From contig ONJT01000004.1 of NCBI GenBank assembly GCA_900318245.1, positions 6,940 to 70,939 on the forward strand: a stretch of 64,000 nt of DNA. The letters run 5' to 3'. The position numbers and the translations under genes were made by a program. The notes beneath the pieces were generated by a model. That model saw only the letters and a program-made list of their open reading frames with translations. It was not told the origin of the DNA and searched no databases. The DNA is from an uncultured Bacteroidales bacterium (GTDB taxonomy: Bacteria; Bacteroidota; Bacteroidia; Bacteroidales; Paludibacteraceae). This document shows, in pieces, positions 56,770 to 64,000 of this stretch (the stretch's first letter is position 1; the number at the start of each line of letters is the position of its first letter).

Positions 56770-56880
56770 AAACGTTCGCAATGCTACTCTTCGGGGTACC
56801 GGCCCCCTGCCTACGAGTTTTGGCGTACCCATTCGCCAAAACATGCCCCCTCAGAGTACATATGCTCACTATTAATTATT

Positions 56881-57405
56881 ATGGCTTTACTAAAGACCAT
56901 TAATAGAAACGGCGAGATCCTTACCCCGCGCATCGCGGATGACGTGTTCATGGCAGAGAATGCCACCGTCGTCGGCGATGTGACGGTGGGTGAAGGCTCG
57001 AGTCTGTGGTTCAACAGCGTGCTGCGCGGCGACGTGAACACCATCGTGGTCGGCAAGCACTGTAACATCCAAGATGGCGCGGTGTTGCATACGCTCTATC
57101 AGAAATCGACGATTCGTCTGGGCGATTATGTGTCCGTAGGACACAACGTGACGATTCACGGCGCGGATGTCGATGACTACGCCCTGATAGGTATGGGTGC
57201 TACCCTACTCGACGGAGCGCATGTAGGTCAGGGCGCGATAGTAGCTGCCGGTGCATTGGTGCTCTCGAACACACAGATAGGTCCCAACGAGATCTGGGGC
57301 GGTGTGCCGGCGAAATTCATCAAGAAAGCCGAACCCGCACAGACGCAGGAGATCAATCAAAAAATAGCCAATAACTACGCCATGTATTCCACGTGGTACC
57401 GTTAA
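56881..57405 (+). CDS. gamma carbonic anhydrase-family / hexapeptide-repeat protein
   Basis: FMAENATVVGDVTVGEGSSLWFNSVLRGDVN...IQDGAVLH left-handed beta-helix repeats. Confidence 0.85.
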   Translation: MALLKTINRNGEILTPRIADDVFMAENATVVGDVTVGEGSSLWFNSVLRGDVNTIVVGKHCNIQDGAVLHTLYQKSTIRLGDYVSVGHNVTIHGADVDDYALIGMGATLLDGAHVGQGAIVAAGALVLSNTQIGPNEIWGGVPAKFIKKAEPAQTQEINQKIANNYAMYSTWYR

Positions 57406-57438
57406 TGGGTTAAATTGTTAAAACGTTAAATCGTTATT
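57401..57438 (+). repeat. (GTTAA-N3) x5 array, exact 8-nt period, abutting the pyrH start codon
   Basis: GTTAA at 57401, 57409, 57417 and 57425, GTTAT at 57433, ATG at 57439. Confidence 0.9.
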
Positions 57439-58143
57439 ATGTATAAACGCATTTTACTGAAACTCTCCGGTGAGAGTCTTGCCGGAGAAAGCAAACAAGG
57501 CATCGACACCGAGCGCTTGAGCCAATACGCCGAGCAGGTGAAGGCCATCGCGCAGCGCGGTGTACAGATAGGCATCGTGATAGGAGGCGGAAATATCTTC
57601 CGCGGCTTATCGGGTGCACAGCGCGGTTTTGATCGCGTCAAAGGTGACCACATGGGCATGTTAGCGACGGTCATTAACGCTTTAGCGCTACAGTCCGCCC
57701 TCGAAGCCATCGGTCAGCCCGTGCGTGTACTGACATCCATCCGCATGGAGCCTATCGGAGACTTCTACAGCCCCGCGAAAGCTATCCGTCTGTTGGAGAA
57801 AGGCAATGTAGTGATTCTCGCCGGAGGCACCGGTGCACCCTACTTCACTACCGACACCGGTTCGAGTCTGCGTGCGCTGGAGATCAAAGCCGACGTGATG
57901 CTCAAAGGTACGCGTGTGGACGGCATCTACACCGCCGACCCGGAGAAAGACCCGAAAGCCACGAAGTTCGACGAGATCACGTATGACGAAGTCATCCGCC
58001 GCGGACTGAAGGTGATGGACCTCACCGCTACGGCGATGGCCAAAGAAAACGGCCTGCCGATCTATGTGTTCAACATGGATGAGTTAGGCAACCTCGCGCG
58101 CGTCATCGACGGCGAGAAAATTGGAACACTTGTAACCCCCTAA
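57439..58143 (+). CDS. pyrH: UMP kinase
   Basis: [38 protein letters not shown]. Confidence 0.95.
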   Translation: MYKRILLKLSGESLAGESKQGIDTERLSQYAEQVKAIAQRGVQIGIVIGGGNIFRGLSGAQRGFDRVKGDHMGMLATVINALALQSALEAIGQPVRVLTSIRMEPIGDFYSPAKAIRLLEKGNVVILAGGTGAPYFTTDTGSSLRALEIKADVMLKGTRVDGIYTADPEKDPKATKFDEITYDEVIRRGLKVMDLTATAMAKENGLPIYVFNMDELGNLARVIDGEKIGTLVTP

Positions 58144-58147
58144 TAGT

Positions 58148-58711
58148 ATGAACGACGAATTAGAACTCTATCAGTCTGCAGCAGAAGAATCTATGCAGAA
58201 CGCAGTGGAACACTTGGACGACACCCTTCAGCACATCCGTGCAGGAAAGGCCAATCCGCGTATCTTAGACCCGATCAAGATCGACTACTACGGATCGCTG
58301 TCGCCCCTCTCCAGTTGCGCCACCATCACCACTCCCGACGCACGTACGATTGCTATCACGCCGTGGGAGAAGAAACTGATCAGCGACATCGAGCGCGCTA
58401 TCATCAACTCGAATATCGGTCTTGCGCCGTCCAACAACGGCGAGACGATTCGTCTGATCCTGCCGCCGTTGACCGAGGAGCGCCGCCGCGACCTCTGTAA
58501 GCAATGTAAGGCAGAGACCGAGAGCGCCAAGATGTCCATCCGCAATGCCCGCCGCGACGCCATCGAGGAATTCAAGAAACTCGTGAAGAACGGTCTGAGT
58601 GAGGACATCGAGAAGGATGCCGAAGAGAATATGCAGAAGACCCACGATAAGTATATCGCCAAGGTCGAAGCCCTCTACGCAGCCAAAGAGAAAGAGATCA
58701 TGACAGTATAA
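58148..58711 (+). CDS. frr: ribosome recycling factor
   Basis: 187 aa. [24 protein letters not shown]. Confidence 0.95.
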   Translation: MNDELELYQSAAEESMQNAVEHLDDTLQHIRAGKANPRILDPIKIDYYGSLSPLSSCATITTPDARTIAITPWEKKLISDIERAIINSNIGLAPSNNGETIRLILPPLTEERRRDLCKQCKAETESAKMSIRNARRDAIEEFKKLVKNGLSEDIEKDAEENMQKTHDKYIAKVEALYAAKEKEIMTV

Positions 58712-58715
58712 CTGT

Positions 58716-58743
58716 CATTGCTAATTGCGAATTGGTAATTGGT
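58716..58743 (+). repeat. four heptamers CATTGCT AATTGCG AATTGGT AATTGGT ending on the rsgA start
   Basis: ATTG at 58717, 58724, 58731 and 58738. The GTG at 58742 overlaps the last unit. Confidence 0.85.
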
Positions 58744-59665
58744 GAGGGGACTCGTCATTAAATCTACGGGCAGCAGTTACATCGTTCGGTTGGACGATGG
58801 TTCGGATGCGGAGTGTCATATCAAGGGCAATTTCCGCATCCGAGGCATCCGTAGTACCAATCCGGTAGCCGTCGGGGACTTCGTGGAAATACAAACGCTC
58901 GCCGATGGCACCAATTGGATCAAAGAGATCGAAGAGCGGCAAAATTATATCATCCGTCGTGCTACGAACCTGAGCAAAGAGAGTCATATCCTCGCCGCTA
59001 ACATCGACCAAGTAGCGCTTATCGTCACCGTCAACCACCCCATCACTTCCACTACCTTCATCGACCGCTTCCTCGCGACCTGCGAGGCCTATCGCGTGCG
59101 CGCGTTCCTTATCTTTAATAAGATAGACCTGCTCACCGACGAAGAACTCGCGCAACTCGACGAACTGCGTGCGCTCTACGAGTCGCTCGACTATCCCACC
59201 CTCGCCATCAGCGCAAAGCAACTCGAAGGCACAGAGTTATTAGCGATGCTTGCGGGAAAGACGACCTTGTTCTCGGGCAACTCCGGCGTAGGCAAATCTA
59301 CGCTGCTGAACGCGCTCTTCGGCAAGGAACTCACGCGCACCGGCAAGATCTCCGACGCGCATGACACGGGTATGCATACCACGACCTTCTCGGAGATGTA
59401 TTTCCTGCCTCAAGGCGGTGCAGTCATTGACACCCCGGGTATCAAGGGTTTTGGTACCATCGACTTCGAGAAAGAAGAAGTGAGTCATTATTTCCGGGAG
59501 ATCTTCCGTGTCGGCCGAGACTGCCGTTTCAGTAACTGTACCCATACTTCCGAACCGGGCTGCGCCGTGCAAGAGGCCGTAATAAAAGGATCCATAGCGA
59601 TCTCTCGCTATGAATCCTACTTATCTATTCTCAACGATTCTACAGAAGGAAAGTATCGAGGGTAG
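58742..59665 (+). CDS. rsgA: ribosome small-subunit-dependent GTPase A
   Basis: [14 protein letters not shown]-fold start, [19 protein letters not shown], zinc knuckle [19 protein letters not shown] at 58742 preferred over the ORF-track TTG at 58739. Confidence 0.9.
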   Translation: MRGLVIKSTGSSYIVRLDDGSDAECHIKGNFRIRGIRSTNPVAVGDFVEIQTLADGTNWIKEIEERQNYIIRRATNLSKESHILAANIDQVALIVTVNHPITSTTFIDRFLATCEAYRVRAFLIFNKIDLLTDEELAQLDELRALYESLDYPTLAISAKQLEGTELLAMLAGKTTLFSGNSGVGKSTLLNALFGKELTRTGKISDAHDTGMHTTTFSEMYFLPQGGAVIDTPGIKGFGTIDFEKEEVSHYFREIFRVGRDCRFSNCTHTSEPGCAVQEAVIKGSIAISRYESYLSILNDSTEGKYRG

Positions 59666-60671
59666 CCGTTAGTTCGTCAAAACTCTTGACTTTCGATTTT
59701 TCCCGTATTGCTGCGATCTGGTAATTCACCGCCTGATCGTAGGTCTCTGCTTCTACATTGCGGATAACACCCAGCGCAATCGGCAGTTCGTTTTCCACCT
59801 CGGCATTCACATTTACGATGCGGTCTTGGCCCATCAGGCCCAACAGACGGTGCAGCGTCGGATCGGGCTGCGTAGCGTCGTGCGTCAGCACGCGCGGGTC
59901 GTCAGCAGAAACGACGATCATCTTCGGCACGAAGGTCACAGGGTCGATCTCCACCGCCAGACCTTTGTCTTTGTTAGCGCCGAAAATCATCTTCTCGCCG
60001 TGCTTGAGGATGATGCTATGCTCTGCGCGCTGCTCGCGGTCGGCTATCCAGGCGTGCGTGCCGTTGTTGAAGATCACGCAGTTAACGAGACACTCCACAA
60101 TCGAGCATCCCTTATGCTGCTGCGCAGCTACGAGGCAGTCCACCGTCGTCGGCATATCGACATCCAGCGTGCGGGCAAAGAATGTACCTCCGGCGCCGAG
60201 CACTAACTGTGCCGGCACGAACGGACGTTCTACCGTACCAAACGGAGAAGATTTGGACACAAAGCCCTTCGGGCTTGTCGGCGAATACTGACCCTTCGTA
60301 AGACCATAGATGCGGTTGTTGAACATGCATACATTCAGGTCCACATTGCGGCGTATCTCATGGATAAAATGGTTTCCTCCGATAGCCAGACAGTCACCAT
60401 CTCCGCTCATTTGCCAAACGGCGAGTTCCGGATGCGAGGTCTTCACGCCGGTAGCTATCGCGCCGCCGCGGCCGTGGATGGTATTGAATCCGTAGGTATT
60501 GAGGTAATGCGGCATGCGGCTTGAACAACCGATGCCGGAGATGACTGCCACTTCGTGCGTCGGGATACCTATCTGTGCCATGGCTTTCTGCAGCGCCATG
60601 CATATCGCGTGGTCACCGCAACCCGGGCAGAAACGAACGTATTGGTCGGATTTAAAATCACTTGCTTGCAT
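59640..60671 (-). CDS. korB: 2-oxoglutarate/2-oxoacid:ferredoxin oxidoreductase beta subunit (TPP-binding)
   Basis: [28 protein letters not shown]. Confidence 0.88.
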   Translation of the reverse strand: MQASDFKSDQYVRFCPGCGDHAICMALQKAMAQIGIPTHEVAVISGIGCSSRMPHYLNTYGFNTIHGRGGAIATGVKTSHPELAVWQMSGDGDCLAIGGNHFIHEIRRNVDLNVCMFNNRIYGLTKGQYSPTSPKGFVSKSSPFGTVERPFVPAQLVLGAGGTFFARTLDVDMPTTVDCLVAAQQHKGCSIVECLVNCVIFNNGTHAWIADREQRAEHSIILKHGEKMIFGANKDKGLAVEIDPVTFVPKMIVVSADDPRVLTHDATQPDPTLHRLLGLMGQDRIVNVNAEVENELPIALGVIRNVEAETYDQAVNYQIAAIREKSKVKSFDELTATLDTFLL

Positions 60672-62502
60672 AGTCTACTATCCTTTCTACAGCAAACGGC
60701 TGTCCTTGAATTTCATTATATTGTTCAAATTGAATATCCGGGAATTGCGAGCGGAGATAGGCTGCGAACTGACCTGTATTTAATTCGCAAACTATTATTC
60801 GCTTGCGTTGACTGAGTACTTCGCGGGTATTACGCGGCAGCGGACAGATATAGTTGAACTGCGCCAAATCGCATCCTAAAGCGTTCGCCGCGGCGTGCAA
60901 GTGACCTTCCGTACTACCCCATCCGACGAGCAAGGTATCGCTCTTGCCATTACCAATCACTTTGAGGTCAGGAATGGAGTTGGCTATCTGCTCAATCTTA
61001 TGCTTGCGGGCCATGACCATGGTCTCGTGGTTCTCCGGATTCGTGGAGATAGTTCCTTTCTCGGCATCACGCTCCAAACCGATATTGCGGTGCTCGAAAC
61101 CTTCCATACCCGGGAAAGCCCAGTAGCGCACGCCGCGTTCGTCGCGGAGCGCCGGATTGAAATGCCCTTTCAGTTCTTCGGGTACGGTCTGCGGGTGAAT
61201 CTCCGGCAGGTCAGCCAATTGAGGAATTCGCCAGAGTGCCGTTCCGTTCGCCAAGTAGGTGTCGGTAAGCAGAATGACCGGTGTCATATTCTCCAACGCG
61301 ATCTTACATGCCTCGTAGGCGAAGTCGAAGCAGTTAGCACTGCTTGAAGCGGCCAAAACGACCGCCGGGCACTCGCCATTACGACCGTAGAGGGCTTGCA
61401 GCAAGTCCGTCTGCTCGGTCTTCGTTGGCAGTCCCGTACTCGGTCCGCCGCGCTGCACATCGACCACTACCAGCGGCAGTTCGGCCATCACAGCCAGTCC
61501 TATTGCCTCGGATTTGAGACTTAGACCGGGTCCGCTGGTCGTCGTACACGCCAAGTCACCGGCGAAAGCCGCACCGATAGCCGTACATACACCGGCGATC
61601 TCGTCCTCCGCCTGCACCGCCATGACGTTCATGTCCTTGCGCGCCGCGAGTTCATGGAGGATATCCGTAGCGGGCGTGATAGGATACGAACCAAGGAAGA
61701 GGTGCTTGCCGGCTTTCTCTGCCGCGGCGATGAGTCCCCAAGCCGTGGCTTTATTGCCAGCGATGGAGGTATAGCGGCCATGTGCCTCGGAGGGTTTACC
61801 GTCTAAATGTATCTGGTTGATGGAAAGCGCCAAGTTCTGGCCGTAGTTGTAGCCATCGACTATGACTTTCGTGTTCGGCGCGATGAGTGCCGGCTTTTTC
61901 TTGAACTTGTCTTCGAGCAGGTGAATAGCCTTCTCCATCGGTTCGTCGAAGAGCCAGTAGATGAGGCCGAGCGCGAACATGTTACGGCACTTGAGGATGG
62001 ACTTATTATCCATGCCCGAGTCCTTGAGCGCCTCTTTGGTCAGCGCCGTCAGGGCTACCGGCACGATCTGTACGGACTCAGGGATGCCGAGTTCCGTGAA
62101 CGGATTGTCCGTGTGATAGAGCGCCTTCTCGAGGTCTTTGTCGGTGAGCGCGTCGGTGTCCACTATGACCACGGCGTTACGGTGATAAAGGGCAAAGTGA
62201 TCATCGAAATGCGCCTGCGGATGGTTGAAATGCGAACCTAAGGTACATACCTTCAACGCCGCGGCATTCATCGCGACGATCACGTCGGCTTTGTCACCCG
62301 GCGTATAGACCTCACTGCCTAACTCTACTTGAAAACCACTCACGCCGCCCAAGGTACCTTGCGGCGCACGTATCTCCGCCGGGAAGTCCGGCAAGGTAGA
62401 GATCTCGTGACCTAATTCGGCAGCCAACTGGGCAAACATGTTACCCGTAAGCTGCATTCCGTCGCCCGAGTCTCCACAAAAACGTACTACGATATTTTTC
62501 AC
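60658..62502 (-). CDS. korA: 2-oxoglutarate/2-oxoacid:ferredoxin oxidoreductase alpha subunit
   Basis: 614 aa. VRFCGDSGDGMQLTG N-terminus, YPITPATDI and TTSGPGLSL motifs. Overlaps korB by 14 nt. Confidence 0.88.
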   Translation of the reverse strand: MKNIVVRFCGDSGDGMQLTGNMFAQLAAELGHEISTLPDFPAEIRAPQGTLGGVSGFQVELGSEVYTPGDKADVIVAMNAAALKVCTLGSHFNHPQAHFDDHFALYHRNAVVIVDTDALTDKDLEKALYHTDNPFTELGIPESVQIVPVALTALTKEALKDSGMDNKSILKCRNMFALGLIYWLFDEPMEKAIHLLEDKFKKKPALIAPNTKVIVDGYNYGQNLALSINQIHLDGKPSEAHGRYTSIAGNKATAWGLIAAAEKAGKHLFLGSYPITPATDILHELAARKDMNVMAVQAEDEIAGVCTAIGAAFAGDLACTTTSGPGLSLKSEAIGLAVMAELPLVVVDVQRGGPSTGLPTKTEQTDLLQALYGRNGECPAVVLAASSSANCFDFAYEACKIALENMTPVILLTDTYLANGTALWRIPQLADLPEIHPQTVPEELKGHFNPALRDERGVRYWAFPGMEGFEHRNIGLERDAEKGTISTNPENHETMVMARKHKIEQIANSIPDLKVIGNGKSDTLLVGWGSTEGHLHAAANALGCDLAQFNYICPLPRNTREVLSQRKRIIVCELNTGQFAAYLRSQFPDIQFEQYNEIQGQPFAVERIVDYASK

Positions 62503-62610
62503 AACTATAGATTAATTGTTAAATTTTGCGCAAAGTTACGAATTTATTTTGATATGTGCAAATTTTTTTATACCTTTGCAGCCGAATTTAGTTTGGGTAA
62601 ATAGGATTTA

Positions 62611-64000
62611 ATGGATAAGATACGAAATTTCTGCATCATTGCGCATATCGACCATGGTAAAAGTACCCTGGCGGATCGTATGTTGGAGTTGACGGGCACG
62701 GTAGATGCACGCAACATGGAGAACCAGGTTCTGGACGATATGGACCTGGAGAAAGAGCGCGGCATCACCATCAAGAGCCATGCTATCCAAATGGACCATA
62801 AGGGTTTTACCCTTAACCTCATCGATACTCCGGGACACGTGGATTTTAGTTATGAGGTAAGCCGCTCTATCGCGGCCTGCGAGGGTGCGGTGCTTGTGGT
62901 GGACGCTACGCAAGGCGTGCAGGCGCAGACGATCAGTAACTTGTATATGGCGATCGAGCACGACTTGGAGATCATCCCCGTGCTCAATAAATGCGACATG
63001 CCGAACGCCATGCCCGAGCGCGTGGAGGATGAGATTGTAGATCTCTTGGGTTGCAAGCGCGAGGATATACTGCGTTGCTCGGCAAAGACGGGCGAAGGCG
63101 TGCCGGAGATCTTAGACGCGATCATCGAGCGCATCCCTGCGCCGGTAGGTGATCCGAACGCGCCGCTGCAGTGCCTCGTTTTCGACTCTGTATTCAATTC
63201 CTTCCGCGGTATCATCGCCTATTTCAAGGTTGTCAACGGCACCATGCATACCGGTGACCACGTGCGTTTTGTCAATACCGGCAAGGAGTACGATGCCGAT
63301 GAAATCGGTATTCTGCGGCTTGACATGAGTCCGCGTAAGAGTATCAGCGCCGGCAATGTGGGATATATTATCTCGGGTATCAAAACCAGTACGGAGGTAA
63401 AGGTAGGCGACACGATCACGCATGTCGCGCGGCCTTGCGAGAAAGCGATTGACGGCTTCGAAGAAGCCATGCCGATGGTCTTTGCCGGTGTCTATCCGAT
63501 AGAGAGCGAGGATTATGAGGACCTGCGCGCGAGTCTCGAGAAGTTGCAACTCAATGACGCGAGTCTCACCTTCCAGCCTGAGAGTTCGATGGCCTTGGGG
63601 TTTGGTTTCCGTTGCGGATTCTTGGGTCTATTGCACATGGAGATCGTGCAGGAGCGTCTCGACCGCGAGTTCAATATGGACGTCATCACCACCGTGCCGA
63701 ACGTAAGTTATAATGTCTATACCAAGGACGGTAACATGATCGAGGTGCATAATCCCGCGGGCATGCCGGACTTGACGGAGATAGACCGCATCGAAGAGCC
63801 GTATATCCGCGCGAGTGTGATCACTACGGCCGACTATATCGGACCGATCATGACGCTCTGTCTCGGCAAACGCGGCGAGTTGGTAAAGCAGGCCTATATA
63901 TCCGGCAACCGAATGGAGTTGCTCTTCGACATGCCGCTCGGCGAGATCGTCATTGACTTCTACGACAAGTTGAAATCTATCTCCAAGGGCTACGCGTCCT
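62611..64000 (+). CDS. lepA: translation elongation factor 4 (LepA), runs off the right edge
   Basis: Hand translation from ATG 62611: [29 protein letters not shown]...DTPGHVDF...NKCDM.... Not in the ORF track because there is no stop in the window. Confidence 0.95.
   Translation, partial: MDKIRNFCIIAHIDHGKSTLADRMLELTGTVDARNMENQVLDDMDLEKERGITIKSHAIQMDHKGFTLNLIDTPGHVDFSYEVSRSIAACEGAVLVVDATQGVQAQTISNLYMAIEHDLEIIPVLNKCDMPNAMPERVEDEIVDLLGCKREDILRCSAKTGEGVPEILDAIIERIPAPVGDPNAPLQCLVFDSVFNSFRGIIAYFKVVNGTMHTGDHVRFVNTGKEYDADEIGILRLDMSPRKSISAGNVGYIISGIKTSTEVKVGDTITHVARPCEKAIDGFEEAMPMVFAGVYPIESEDYEDLRASLEKLQLNDASLTFQPESSMALGFGFRCGFLGLLHMEIVQERLDREFNMDVITTVPNVSYNVYTKDGNMIEVHNPAGMPDLTEIDRIEEPYIRASVITTADYIGPIMTLCLGKRGELVKQAYISGNRMELLFDMPLGEIVIDFYDKLKSISKGYAS

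Overview
This is a 64-kb chromosomal segment that looks Bacteroidota/Bacteroidales. TTTG...TAnnTTTG promoter boxes sit in almost every intergenic region, Shine-Dalgarno sequences are mostly absent, and lipoproteins, TonB-dependent receptors and Bacteroidales-typical DUF families are common. The backbone is roughly 50-57% GC by eye (not computed) and is dense housekeeping: valS, a uvrA-family ATPase, tsaD, a GH13 amylase, gmd/fcl, queH, an aldehyde dehydrogenase, waaA, hisS, tpiA, pyrH, frr, rsgA, korAB and lepA. A tRNA-Gly(CCC) is joined head-to-tail to a compact RNase P RNA. Functional blocks are: (1) a cobalamin-riboswitch-led B12 capture locus at 17.4-23.2 kb; (2) a polysaccharide export block at 24.7-31.8 kb with two Wza-like proteins and a Wzc-like tyrosine kinase that has very unusual low-complexity termini; (3) a small low-GC islet at 10.7-13.1 kb; (4) a larger low-GC, all-minus-strand islet at about 39.2-46.7 kb. 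The larger islet holds phage-like small genes, a lysis-cassette-like trio, an HNH endonuclease, and a BcgI-like methylase/nuclease plus specificity subunit next to an Mrr-like nuclease. The most unusual signals are mostly non-genic: (a) a C9 homopolymer that separates an ATG plus lipoprotein signal peptide from its ORF, a candidate phase switch; (b) two independent (GTTAA-N3)x5 arrays with an exact 8-nt period that end on start codons; (c) a family of 7-nt-period RATTGNT-type arrays at gene junctions and in frame inside two conserved genes; (d) six copies of CCACCGRAGGTA in one divergent intergenic region; (e) seven TGTGCTA boxes at about 11-bp phasing upstream of the HNH gene; (f) several promoter-associated, hairpin-dense non-coding stretches that look like unannotated RNAs; (g) a dispersed CCGGCAT-N3-ATGCCGG palindromic module. 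All protein calls come from reading the supplied translations and recalled family motifs. No searches were run.
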